From: Sphaerodactylus townsendi
Lineage: Eukaryota
Reading direction: 5' to 3'
Length of the DNA stretch: 64,000 nucleotides
Assembly (NCBI RefSeq): GCF_021028975.2
Contig: NC_059425.1
Location: 74,710,001 to 74,774,000 of the forward strand
Part shown: piece after piece, positions 1 to 12,400 of the stretch
How the letters are laid out: the number at the start of each line of letters is the position of its first letter
Numbering within the stretch: the first letter of the stretch is position 1
Made by a program: the position numbers and the translations under genes
The notes under the pieces: model-generated
Databases searched by the model: none
Seen by the model: the letters and a program-made list of their open reading frames with translations, nothing else
Told to the model about the DNA's origin: nothing

Positions 1-818
1 TATGGTTTTGTATATTCTTATAACCTATGTTTTTATGATGGGCTCAGTTTTTAATTTATTTTAATATTTCATATATTTTAATACTTGGTTTTTAAAATTA
101 TTTTTATTTTGCAAGGCACCCCAGGCTGGTGGCATTAAAACATTATAAATAAATACAAAGAACATTCAGAATCTAATTGGAGGACAGGAGAATAGACAAT
201 ACATCTTCATAGCACAAGCTGGACAATTTCATCTTTAAGTTTCCCCAATATTATTTATTTACTTCATATTTAGGCCATCTTTTTCTTGGGGCTTGTGGTA
301 GATTGCAAAAGGGAAAACACCAATCATATCTCCCCAGAAACAGTAGGACTAGGATTACAAAACTAGAAAACAATACAAACAAAAGCTGCCTAAAGTCACA
401 AAAACTGCCCAATGCTTTATATTGAAATCTCATAAAATACAAAGTCAGCACAAAAAGGCTCTATCCAAATTCCTTACCTGTTACATAAATATATTCTCTT
501 CAGACAGTTCCTCCCACCCAACCCCAGAAATGACATTTAAACTCATACCTTACCACCTGCTGGCAGCCGGAGTGGGGGGGCAGGGGGGGGGGAATCTGGC
601 AACCCTAACATGAATACCTTGGTAGAGCAACCCATCACTTCATTCTTCTATGTGCATAAACTAGGCCTGTTATTCATGACGGTGTCCGATTAGTTTGGAT
701 GTGGAAAGGACACTTAGGCCAAAGCATGCCTGATACAAAAATGCTCTTCAGTGGTGTTGCCAAGGAGTGACAGGGTTTCAGCCTCGTCCGCCACCACCAC
801 CACCCGCCCCCCAAATAC

Positions 819-1259
819 CTGGCGCGACGTCCTCAGGAGCTGCCTCTGGGAGAAGCAGGCGAACTGCTCATAAGGCAAAGGCAGCTGCTGTCTCTGGTAC
901 AGGACGTGGTTCAGAAGCTCGCGAGTGAAATGAAAGCAGCCTTCGCGGGTTACCAAGCCAGGGAAATCCACGGACACCGAGAAGCCGCCGCCGCCGCCCG
1001 CCGTGGGAGCCAGAGGCGGGGGCGCCAACGCCACAGTCACGGCGACGGAGTTGGACTCCGGGGCTGATTCGGCCACGCAGGACAGATCGGCCGAAATAGG
1101 AGCGGAGAGGGCGGATGAGTGATCCGCCGGGCACGAGAGGTGACCCGCCTCCACCAGTAGACTCAGGCAGGGAGATGGGGGGCGAGAGGGGAAGTGCGCT
1201 GAGCCCAAGTTGTTTCCCTCGGTCTCATTTTCTCCCTCCTTTTCCCTCCGTGCGGCCAT
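819..1259 (-). CDS. MAD2L1BP: MAD2L1-binding protein (p31comet), first coding exon; remaining exon(s) lie left of the window
   Basis: ATG at 1259 (AAAATGG). Translation contains VDFPGLVTREGCFHFTRELLNHVLYQRQQLPLPYEQ, matching p31comet VVFPGPVSQEGCCQFTCELLKHIMYQRQQLPLPYEQ. Phase-0 donor CAG|GTATTT after 819. CpG-rich; synteny with GTPBP2. Confidence 0.93.
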
Positions 1260-1420
1260 TTTCTGACTTTTCAAACTCGCTGTAATTTGAATGGCCGCCC
1301 ACCCAGAGCATCATGGGAACGTTTACTTGCACGTGAGTACCAGAAAGTGTGCCCGCGTGTCGCCATGTTTACTTAGGGCGGAAGTAACTGGTTTTTCTAC
1401 TTCTCTCGCCGATCCACTCA
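1260..1420 (-). promoter_or_regulatory. MAD2L1BP CpG-island promoter / 5'UTR
   Basis: ZNF143-type TTCCCATGATGC (1308-1319, minus), E-box CACGTG (~1329-1334), YY1-like CGCCATGTT (~1361), GC-box/ETS GGGCGGAAGT (~1376-1385). Confidence 0.65.
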
Positions 1421-2366
1421 GAGAGAAGACTATTTCTTATCTTTGACCCAAAGTGGGACGTTCGCTGTCTTTATTCCTAATCTAGTCAAAATTATAGTTT
1501 GAAAAGGTTGTGCATTTGTATACTGCCTTACCCAAATAGGATTTACCTCGTCTAGGATGAGGTTGAAATTGGTTTCAAGTTCCAATTTCGCAGTTCCTAG
1601 TTCCTTTTTAGCCAATATATCCACAAATATTGATGATGCTTGAAAAGAGTTTCACCCCCAAAAAGGGATTTGGACCACCCCTTTTCAAACTAGGACTCTG
1701 TTGTTCAGGGTGACACGTGGATTCTGACACAAACCATGTTACATACAGTTGGGTTTTGCACAAACAACGAAAAACCAAAAGTAATAATCCAAAGGTTACC
1801 ACACTATGAAAATCCAGTACTCTATATTAAGTGGAAACATATAATTACAATTTATGGACGATATTATAAAATACAAAGTCCAGTCACGATGTGACAACAT
1901 AACAATATCCAACAAAAAGAGCCTATATTTTGGCACTCAGGGCTGTGTACAATATCATACTAAACTACAAATACCTTCACAGCAAAATATCCATAGCAAA
2001 TGTAGAATGAAGGTCAGACAAGCAATTGGTGTGTCCACAGCAAACCAACAAACGGGTTTTTTGCACTAATTTCATCTAAAGAGTTCCTCAGTCTACTCCA
2101 AAACCTTTAGCTATATTTAAAGCAAAACATATGCCACAATTTCTACTGTACAGCGTAATTCATTATGATAACCCATAACATTGATTTTAAGAGAATCCTT
2201 TACTCTTTATATCTTTTATACAACGACTTTCTGGCTACCGCTTTAATTAATTGTGCAATGGCAATTTGGTATGATATTGTTCACAGGAAAGGGATTTGGG
2301 CGTCTTAGTTGATAGTTCCATGGGAATGTCAACTCACTGCATGGCAGCTGTGAAAAAGGCAAACTC

Positions 2367-2410
2367 ATTTCATTTTCATTTCATTTTAACCTTTAATGGC
2401 ATATATATAA
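2367..2410 (-). mobile_element. 44-bp LINE 3'-end stub (RTE-X-like terminus) inside CR1
   Basis: 14-bp TSD AAAAAGGCAAACTC (2353-2366 / 2411-2424); minus strand reads ATGCCATTAAAGG followed by an (AAATG)n tail. Confidence 0.7.
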
Positions 2411-3142
2411 AAAAAGGCAAACTCTATGCTGGGGATCATTAGGAAAGGAATTGATAATAAAACTGCAAAGATTGTCATGCCCTTATATAAAGCAGTGGTG
2501 CGACCGCACTTGGAGTACTGTGTCCAGTTCTGGTCGCCGCATCTCAAAAAGGATATTGAAGAGATAGAAAAAGTGCAGAGAAGGGCAACAAGGATGATTG
2601 AGGGACTGGAGCACCTTCCTTATGAGGAGAGGCTGCAGCGTTTGGGACTCTTTAGTTTGGAGAGGAGATGGCTGAGGGAGGATATGATTGAAGTCTATAA
2701 AATTATGCATGGGGTAGAAAATGTTGACAGAGAGACATTTTTCTCTCTTTCTCACAATACTAGAACCAGGGGGCATTCATTGAAAATGCTGGGGGGAAGA
2801 ATTAGGACTAATAAAAGGAAACACTTCTTCACGCAACGTGTGATTGGTGTTTGGAATATGCTGCCACAGGAGGTGGTGATGGCCACTAACCTGGATAGCT
2901 TTAAAAGGGGCTTGGACAGATTTATGGAGGAGAAGTCGATTTATGGCTACCAATCTTGATCCTCTTTGATCTGAGATTGCAAATGCCTTAACAGTCCAGG
3001 TGCTTGGGAGCAACAGCCGCAGAAGGCCATTGCTTTCACATCCTGCACGTGAGCTCCCAAAGGCACCTGGTGGGCCACTGCAAGTAGCAGAGAGCTGGAC
3101 TAGTTGGACTCTGGTCTGATCCAGCTGGCTTGTTCTTATGTT

Positions 3143-3237
3143 TCGATTCGATTTCGAATACCTTTAATGGCATATAAATTGTTTAAGATTAACTTAGCAA
3201 GGTAATAACAGCCTTTACAACTTCTGACGAGTTAATA
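3143..3237 (-). mobile_element. 95-bp LINE 3'-end stub (RTE-X-like terminus) inside the CR1 tail
   Basis: Flanked by TGTTCTTATGTT (3131-3142 / 3238-3249); minus strand reads ATGCCATTAAAGG followed by a (TCGAA)n-like tail. Confidence 0.65.
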
Positions 3238-3559
3238 TGTTCTTATGTTATATTGTCACATTGTGGCTGGACTTTGTATTTCATAATATTGTCTGTAAAT
3301 TGTAATTGTATGGTCACGTAATATAGAGCACTGCATTTTCATAGTATGGTAACCTTGGGGTAATTACTTTTGGGGGTTTTTTTTGCTCTGGTAACATAAG
3401 CTCCAATTTGGGCTGTCCTCAGGAAAATTATAGTAGTATGCTGGAAGGATTCACTGAATAAAGAACTAGGATAATCGCATGCCTTCTGCCACCCTCCACC
3501 CCAGTAAGTGGTGAACCATCCCAAATCATACATTCCATACATAAACCAAATAAACCACT

Positions 3560-4120
3560 CATGATCATGAAGCAACCTGCATTTCAGAGTTCAGGAGCAC
3601 CCATCCTCTTCACATAATCAGACAGGGTTGGTTTGTCCCTGCGTAGCACAGATAGAGTAATTTCCTCAAGAACACCAGCCTCCCCAGTCAACAACACTTT
3701 TGCCGTGTCTGGATTCACCTTGAACTTGTTAACCTCTACCTTCTTGATCACAGCCTTCAAGCATAGGCATGTGACACACAGCTATGCTGGAGACTTTGAT
3801 AAAGATATACAGCTGTGTGTTCTCAGTATATTGATAATATTCAACAACAAAGTTCTAGATGATGATCTCTTGTATAAACAGGAAAAAGCATCAAGACTAA
3901 AAGACCTTTATAAGTGTGTTCCCAGGTACTGAATCAATCTCTCCAGAGGACAACTCTGGGAGCATCTAAGCAGGTATAATCAAAAGTAACCCCCCTTTTA
4001 TTTAATGGGTCTTACTTCCAGGAAAGTATTCTTAGGAGTGCAGCCTCCATAATCTAGCCAATTAAAAAGGCTCGAACCAAGAAAGGGCAGTATTGGTGAC
4101 TCCAAAGCCTGGCTCTAAGC
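3560..4120 (-). mobile_element. Degenerate L2 LINE ORF2 remnant
   Basis: Minus-strand fragments resembling QY(A)D(D)TQLY (~3805-3835), NKFKVNPDT (~3705-3730) and PGFG..TAL (~4085-4115). Confidence 0.5.
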
Positions 4121-5054
4121 CAGAGATATTTACAAGGGTCAGATGTGACATAAATGTGACTTGGGAGGGCTGGGCCTGGGGAGGGCTGCCTTGGCTGGTG
4201 AGTCCCCAGCAGACTTACCAGCCCAGATCAGCATGAGGTAGAGTGGGGGGTGGCCACTTTGGCTGTCGAGCCCGCAGTGGGCTCAACATCCCAGAATGAC
4301 ACTGGGGGAGGTGGTCAGCCCTGCAAGGTGGTGGTGGCTGCTGCAGCTGGTAAGCCCACAGCAGACCTATCAGCCAAGATCAGCACCCGGGGGGGGGGGG
4401 GAGTTGGCTTGTGAGGCCACAGTGGGTTCACCAGCCCAGAATGGCACTGCTGAAGGTAGCTAGCACGGGGGAGGGGAGTCTTGCTGCAGCAGGCTCAACA
4501 GCTTGGGGTAAGGTGATTGCCTTAGCTGGTGAGTCTGCATTAGTGGGTGGCTATCTCAGCTGGGGGATGGCTACCTTTGCCGGAGAGCCCACAGCAACCT
4601 TGCTAGCCCAAATCAACACTGGGAAAGGTGGTCAGCACTGGGGGTGGCTGCCTCAGCTGGCAGGTTCACAGATGGCTTGCCAGGCCAGGTTGAGAGTGGA
4701 ATGGAGTGGAGTGGGTAACTGGACTGGTGAGCCCACAGCAGGATGGGATGGCTGCCTGGACTGACAAGCCTGCAGCCGTCTTGTCAGGACAGACAGGCAG
4801 TGAGGTAGAATGATTGCCTGGACTGGCAAGCCCACAATGGGGGCAGAGGGTACCCGGACTGGTGAGCCTGCTGCAGGGTGGAGTAGCTGCCTGGCTGGCA
4901 AGCATGTAGAGGGGGTGGGTGCCTGGGCTAGCAAGTCCTCAGTGGGGTTGCTGACCAGATCAGGACCAAGGGGGTTGCCTCAGCTGGTTCGTGGGCCTGA
5001 TAAACCCTCTAAGGGGCTGATTCCAACCCCCAGGCCACATGTTTGACACCCCTG
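4121..5054. mobile_element. Non-autonomous hAT element with GC-rich internal degenerate tandem repeats
   Basis: 8-bp TSD CTCTAAGC (4113-4120 / 5055-5062); right TIR GTTTGACACCCCTG, degenerate left TIR; recurring GGCTGGTGAGCCCACAGCAG-like unit inside. Confidence 0.75.
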
Positions 5055-5424
5055 CTCTAAGCAGTTCAACAAAATGACATGGTCCATTATAGACCAATCT
5101 AACGAAATCAGCAAAGAATGACCAGAGAATATGTCAAGGGTGGAGACCCAGCTTCAAGTTTGTCTTCAGCCACAGAATGACTTACTGACCTTTGGTATGC
5201 CAATATTTATTAATTAGAATATTGACAACCTGCCTTTTCAAACTACAGTTTACAAATGACAATTAAAAGCAATACAATTTATAATGAACAAGATAAACCC
5301 CCAAACCACCCCCAAATACCTGCAACTTATGCCCCAATAAAATATCTCATGTGTGAGTGTTAATAAAAATATAAAAAGCTTTTCTGTGGGTTTGTTACAT
5401 TCTAGAGATAACTAAGAGTGCTAA

Positions 5425-5565
5425 GAGTATAGTGGTTAAGGTGCCAAACTAAGGTCTGGGAAACTCAGGTTTGAATTCCCACTCTGCCATGGGCAGTTGC
5501 TGCATGACCTTGGGCTAATCACACACACTCCGCCTCAACTCTGGCAAGTATTGGATGGGAGACTG
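5425..5565 (+). mobile_element. tRNA-derived SINE fragment followed by a 5S-like segment
   Basis: A-box TAGTGGTTAAG, B-box-like GGTTTGAATTCCC, then GTATTGGATGGGAGAC (5S-like). Confidence 0.55.
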
Positions 5566-6999
5566 TTGCGCCCCTGGACTGTTCAATAGCAAGACTCAGT
5601 ATTCAGTTGATTTCTTTATTATGAAACAGCATCAGAAATAAGCATTTAGACTTTTGTTGCCAGAACTAAACATAGCCAGTATTGCAGCCACCATTATACC
5701 TATCAAATCACCCCACCCTACCTACCAGTTCCCAAGGGGAGATGGCACCCCTCCAGTCCCACTGTCTGTTGGAATAAGAAACTGCCTTCCCCACCCAGGG
5801 TCAAAACAACCAACATTCCACGCTACTGAAAGAGCTACAACGGCAAGTGTCTAATGAGCTGATAAGGCCTGAGAAGAAGCAAAGCAGGAAAACAAAGCAC
5901 AGATGGGAGAGAAGAAAGTGAAGAGACAGGTTCCCACATCCTGGGCAGGAGACAGAAGACATGGCGGGATCAAACACAGGCGAATTGTGACAGATAATAC
6001 CAAGGACATGAAATGGAGGCAGGAATGTCAAGGACGTGAAAATCCTGCAAGGTTGCAATAAGTCAGTTGTGACTTAATGGCAAGAAGAAAGAGAGAGAGA
6101 ACTAACAGTGAATCCTAAGAACCCTTTTCTGAAAGGAAGACTGACTGACCAGACTTGAAAAGGAATCAGAGTGGATGTGCTTAGCACTGTTCTACAATGG
6201 TTTCAGCCTAGAGTTATGCCTCTCTAAGTGCATTTACTATGAAGAACAGAACTCCTTCCAGATAGGAGCAAGCAAATTACATCCTCCTCCAAACACAGCA
6301 TCCCCAGGGATAAAGCAACCTGGAGTGGTTATCATTAGAATATCAATTATGTAGCTTACTAAAAAACATTATTTAGTTTTACTAAACCAATGTGATGTAA
6401 TGACTAGCGTTAGATCAGAGACCTGATTCAAATTCACTCTGTGCCATAAAACTAACTGGGTGGTCTTGGGCCAGCAATAATCTCTCGATTTTAATTATCC
6501 TAAAGAGTTTGCAAATTATCCTAAAGAGTTGCAAAGATCAAATGAAAAGATGGATATGGATGATACGTTGAGCTTCTTGAAGGAGGGGTGGAATAAAAGT
6601 CAAATAATTAGTTTACTGCCACAGAGGGAGTATTTCTACCTCTCTAAAAATTACAAATATATAAATAATTAGGTCCCAATGTAATCTGACATCAATAATT
6701 CACTGGAAAGTTCAAGGCAGCTTCACCCATTTTCTAGTTGCAAGAGTTCTTTACAATAGTCACTGAACTGCACAGAGAAAGTCTTGTACTAATTGCTCTG
6801 TTTAGCAAAGGCATTGCATCAGACTAATGCACTGCATTTACTAAACAGAGCAATGTTTTCTGATGCAATGTCTTGCCAAGTACAGTAATACAGGGCACTG
6901 GGCAAAGTCCAGAACAAATACTGAAGACGTGGTTATTTTTAAAAATAGAGCCGCCTACTAGAAGCGAGGGTGGGAGGAGGTTGAGCTGTGTGTTCTGAC

Positions 7000-7589
7000 T
7001 GCATGATGGGATCTGTAGTTCAGCTGCCTTAATTATTGTGAAGCGCACTCAAGACGACTTACGGCAAGCCACTAAGGTTTTCAAGGCCAGAGACTAACAG
7101 AAATTAGGCCACTCTTTAAATTTCCATTTCCTGAGAGTAAGTGCGACTGAATAAAACTTGACTTACTCCGAGCAGACCTGGGCTAATTACGCCCTGAAAC
7201 CCTGAGGCTCTCGCTCTCCGGACTTCACTGTGCATAAAATCTCATAATTGCTTTACAGCGTCTGTGAGAATGACAGCATCTGCCCCTCCAAAGAAGATAT
7301 TCAATTGCATTAGCCAGCCCAGGGATGGCACTGCCAGACTCATCTCAGTACCCGCACTGTTTACCGTTTTGGGTCTGAATCAGCGCAAGGGACACTAGGG
7401 ATTGCATCCACTGCCTTACTTCGGCGAAGGGGCTGCTGGGAGTTGTAGTCAACAGCGTTGCCGTCGGCTCTGTTTCCCGTGGTGCCCTGCGGTTGTTTTC
7501 TGACGCTAGGAGCCAGGGCAGAGAGGATCTCAGTGGGAACTAAGGAGCATCTGGGGAAGGAAGGAGGGTCGGGCCGGCGGCGATCCACG
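7000..7589 (+). promoter_or_regulatory. GTPBP2 promoter / 5'UTR with two ZNF143/THAP11 (ACTACAnnTCCCA) sites
   Basis: GCATGATGGGATCTGTAGTT at 7001-7020 and GGCTGCTGGGAGTTGTAGTC at 7431-7450; CpG-rich toward exon 1. Confidence 0.7.
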
Positions 7590-9351
7590 ATGGATTCGCG
7601 GGTGTCCGAGCTATTTGGGGGTTGCTGCCGGCCCGTCGGGGGTGGGAACGGCGGGGGCCTACGAGGCCGCGGCGGCAGCGGCTCCGGTGGTGGGTCTTCC
7701 AAGGGGAAGAAGAAAAACGGACGACACCGGGGAGGGAAGGCCAACAACCCACCGTATCTGCCACCGGAGGTGAGTGGATGATGTAGAGCTGTGGTGGTGG
7801 GATAAAGACTGTCCTTGGGATACGGTGGGGGATGTCTGCATACTGGCAGGTTGAACAGATCCTGGTCTCCCTTGGTTTTGGAGACTTTTTTTGCGGGCTG
7901 CAGTCCTGCACCTGGGTACAGTGCCTCCCCTGGCTTGGGGGAAGATTCAGGACCCTTCACCCTCGTAGTGAGAAAGGATTGCCTGGCTACAGGTGTGTCA
8001 CTAGTGTGTGTGGGGCGGGATAGGGGTCTTTAGGCTAGGTTGTATTAGGGGAAGGGGTATAAAACCTGTTAGGGGTCGGGAATCTTATCCTAATAAACAT
8101 CGTTTGGAGTAATTTGACTTGGTAGTTGTATGTTCCTATTATTCATTAGGAGTGTGTAGATGTGGTGGTGGTGGATTGCAGTTCTGCTGTCCTCGATCTT
8201 CCTTTTGTTTCACGCCTGTTGTTTTCCAAGCCGTCGCCCCGTCTGATTTGACACTTCTGTTTCCTCTGTTGTTTTGCTTGCTTTGATGTTTATCTGTCGT
8301 GTTAATTGCTCCATAATGGATGCCAGGCACACTTGGAAGCGTCTCTTGGCATCCCCGTAGCAGGGGGAAGCGTCAGTAGTTCTGGTAATGTAGCTTTGTC
8401 AGCGGGCGAGAGCGAAACTGAAACAACTGATTTTTTTCTTATAGCCACATTCCTGTCTCCCCCTTATTGTTGTCATACTAAATATTGTCTGCCTCCCTGA
8501 AGTTGCACTTAAGTTGGTTCAGACCTGGTAGGTTGTGCTCATCAAGAGCACGGTTTGTTCGTGCAAAAGATATTTAATGTGTCTTTTTGAAGATCAAAGG
8601 AAACTGTTTTGGGTAGTCCCTAAGAAAAGCTAATTCATACTGACACAGTAAATTCTGTCTGGGCTGTACTACTTTACATACTAGAGTTCTTCTCCTTGTG
8701 CCCCAAAACATTCTCATACAAAAAATAATTATTGGGAAAGAGGTTAATAGTCTATATGGGGCGTAGTTCTCGTTGAGGTTCTTGGCCTGTTTTAGGATTT
8801 TACCTCTTTGAATTGCAAGAGTCTCACCAAATGGAATGCCCTTTGCACCTTCATTGCCAGTAATTGGCTTTGGTAGTTTTCTTTGGGCACTTGCTAAGTA
8901 CTGGGTTGCTATAGATGACAACACATTGCATCAGCTAAAAAAATTGTTCTATTCAGTAAATTCATTGCGTGTATACAGAATTTGCTCTGTACAGCTCATC
9001 TTACTATTATTGTAAGAACTGTAGCTAGGAGCTATGTGAAGCATCTCTGCCATCCTGGAATCTCCAGTAAATTAATATATGAAGATCAGGCAAAATTCTC
9101 CTTTAAAACTATCAGAGGCTAATTCCCAATTACCATTTTATAGCCCTTTAACATAGTGTTGTGCAGTTGCTGAGTGCTTTCTCATAGCATATTTTCATAG
9201 AAGGAAATGCCCATTAATGTGATGGGTGGAATTTCCACAAAGGAATGTATATTGTGATGACTCTGGGTAGTGATGGTGAAATTTTATAACACAGTTCTGT
9301 ATTACCTTTAAACAAGCATTTCCAAGGCAATTTACATAAAGCAGTTTAAAC

Positions 9352-9415
<64 letters not shown>

Positions 9416-12400
9416 TATTTATTTAATTTGTATACCGCCCGATCCCCGAAGGGCTCCGGGCGGTGAACAACATTCACTACAATATCACATACAAACATTT
9501 TGTTAAAACTTTTCAGCAACAAAGCAAACGTAAAATCCTGTCTGTAGTTAAATTCCAAATTCCTGGCAGAATAATTATTTTATTTGTTTCCAAAATTAGT
9601 TTAGTGAAGAAGACATAGGCACTTGAGGAAATATACTCTACAGCTATGGAACTACACCTGTAAATGCTGCTCCTCATAGAAACTAATCACATCTTCCAGA
9701 AAGAAGCCCTTGGAACCCTCATAAGTGGATCTTATAACCCTAGAGGATTCATAGAGGAAGATGTATCCAGATATAGGTCCCAGGCCATGTAGGGCTTGAA
9801 AAGTCAAATCATGTCCTTTGAGTTGGGCTCAGAATCTAACCAGTGACCAAGGCAGATGTTTTGAACCTGGTGCACTTTGTTCTCGTTTGTGTTAACAAGC
9901 AGGCAGGAGCATTCTCTAGCACCTGAAATTTTTGGATCACTGTCAAAGGCAGCCCTAGGAATATAATGCTGGGCAATCGCAAATAACCCATTCTTTCATT
10001 ATTTTTAAAATGTTTTGAGAGCACAAGCAACTTGGAATCACTCAAGTACCTGCACTCTGTGCTGTTCTCTTATTAGAGCTTGCTAATAGTCTGAATTAAT
10101 GAAATACTTTGAGCCATTTAAGATGTGAGTTTTATCATTATTATCCTGAATTTCAGATAGCGAGCCAGGTCTCATCAGGTTCTTTGTCCCCAGGTAGCTG
10201 CATTGGACAGACCTCTGAAATTTCCACTTCCTTGCTGCCCTCAGATAACATTTGTGTACTGTTTGTAAATATATCTGTGCATGCTGTTTTCTTTATAACT
10301 TCCACTGCAGTCTCAATGGGTAATGGATACAAATTACTTGCTGCTTAGGAAGTATGAATTTTGATCCAGAGATCTAGCAGTGATTTCCCCCAAACTTCAG
10401 CTGGTAACCGAGGAGGGCGGGGTGGATGCTACATAAATACAATAAAAGGTAGACGAGGAGAGTCCTCCTTACTCTTCATATCTGATCATATAGTTCTCAT
10501 TTGCAAGATGTGGATTCTAGGATATTAGTTTCTATGCCATTCTTAGGCTTTTCTTTTGCCAAAACAAGCCTACTGTAGACGAAAGAACTCTGAATCTGCT
10601 CGTGGCAAGAAACTATAATTGGGAAGAGACTTCTGTTTACTTCCAGACGAGAAAGCACTTTTCAGGAAGAAATTAAACAAACAGTTCTGTTTTCATTCTG
10701 CTGTCTGTCTGGTTTATTGCACCTTACCTGAGAATTATTGGCCAATCCCATCTAGGAGATTGAACCAAAATTAGTGTGATGTACTTCAGACATTCCTGCA
10801 TTTAGAATTTGATTCCAGCCTTTTATAGGTTTGATATTTATAGGTTTGATATTGGTTGTTAGTAACTGGGTAGATTGTGGTATCCTTTGCTTGGTCACAA
10901 ACTAGTTATTAATAGTGCATCCAACATGGGCCACACATTTACCAAATATGCAGCATTGTCTTTAGCAGGAATATTTCTGGAACTGTACTAAGAAGAGGCA
11001 ATGGGTAAAATGGATTTTGATTTCATGTAGCTTCATCCTTTTTGTAAGTATGGGTCTAAAATTATATTAGGATGAAAATATTTTTGTCCAAACAGTCCCT
11101 GCTAAGTCCTGGCTTTATTGAGTGATCAAATGTGAGGTCAGGAGATATATTAAATGGCGATCTGTACAAGTATCACCAACTTGTGTCTTTTCTTTTAACT
11201 AGGCAGAAGATGGGAACATAGAATACAAGGTGAGCCTCTTGTGGGAGGAACTTGCAAGGTTAAAGTTCTTTAGTCTAAAAATTCCCTATCAAAACATGAT
11301 GTAAATCAAGTTACTGCTCAGCAATTAGAATATGCTTTATAAATATATTTCCAATACACACGTCTATTAAAATTTGGTAAGAATTAAATCAAAACGAAAA
11401 TACCTTTATTAAAAACTTTGTGCTGGCTGCCTCAAATTCACATTTGTGAATTTATCTTTAAAACTTGAATGTTAAGCCAACAGTGAGAACTTTTTTTGTT
11501 TGTTATATTTTCTCTTTTGAAAAATTGTCAACTGTGGTGTTCAGTTACATACTGTTCCTTTATTTAGCTTCCTGGAATTTAACTGTTCCATCTGAACTCA
11601 TTTAGTGGAGTCACTCTAGGCAAGCTATTTTAATAAAAGGAAAGCTGGAAAATCCTTTGAACATGTTAATGACTTGTATAAAAATGAGCATGAATTCTAC
11701 TGAAGAATTTACATGCATGCACAAACAGCTTTCCTTTGTGAGGTCCCCTTGCTTTCTGACTTTAATCACTCCTTCCTTTGGGCAGCTGAAACTAGTTAAT
11801 CCTTCCCAGTACCGCTTTGAACATCTAGTAACACAGATGAAGTGGCGTCTACAAGAAGGTCGTGGTGAGGCAGTGTACCAGATTGGTGTAGAGGACAACG
11901 GGCTGCTGGTGGGACTGTCGGAAGAGGAGATGCGCGCCTCTCTCAAAACGCTGCGGCGGATGGCTGAGAAGTATGTGCATCCGCCCTGCTTCTGAGCCAA
12001 GGCAAACCAAATATGCTCATAATTTCCAGAAATGCTCTGGGACCTTCTGTTGACATCTCACAGAAAGTTTCCAACTTAAGAAATCTCTTCTAGTAGCCGA
12101 ATGACTAGGATCTTTTCACTAAGGATATTTTCTCATATTACTACATTCCTTATGTGCACCAAGAAGCATTTCACAATTATAATAGGAAAACGTTTTTCCC
12201 TCCTCACATGCTGGAAAACAAACCAGTTCTGGGTGGTTTCTGACAAATCAGTGCTGACATGATCAGTATTAATTTTAATGAGGTTTATTAAACAAGAACT
12301 ACAGAGACTCAGTATAGATGGACACCTTGTTTTACCTATTTCACTTCACAAGGTGAAAGTCTTAGTTATCTCTGTAGCCATGTCCAGTGATTTCATGTGA

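Larger units (their letters stand above)
2285..3249 (+). mobile_element. CR1 LINE, 5'-truncated (ORF2 C-terminus, 3'UTR, TTCTTATG tail)
   Basis: ORF 2426-2959 (LYKAVVRPHLEYCVQFWSP...EKVQRRATRMI...RTRGH...FFTQRVIGVWN) is the typical CR1 ORF2 end. The 3'UTR is near-identical to the stub at 26720-26842. Confidence 0.93.
1770..3385. repeat. Old element with long inverted repeats, interrupted by CR1
   Basis: 1770-1900 is the reverse complement (~80% identity by eye) of 3250-3385; 1947-1966 matches the reverse complement of 2262-2281. Confidence 0.7.

Noticed and set aside
2069-2093. Hammerhead ribozyme core (CTGAGGA...GAAA on minus) inside the inverted-repeat element
   Set aside because: Stem II does not pair convincingly and I could not identify stems I and III. 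An Infernal or RNAmotif search would be needed.
2426-2959. 177-aa ORF as a host gene
   Set aside because: It is the C-terminus of CR1 ORF2 in a 5'-truncated copy.
7050-7170. Minus-strand GTAAGT donors as an upstream MAD2L1BP exon at the GTPBP2 promoter
   Set aside because: The motifs lie in apparent small repeat remnants, and no convincing acceptor precedes the MAD2L1BP exon.
7361-7960. 199-aa antisense ORF over GTPBP2 exon 1 (likewise 38653-39246 over XPO5 exon 1)
   Set aside because: Stop-poor GC-rich CpG-island shadows with no recognisable protein features.
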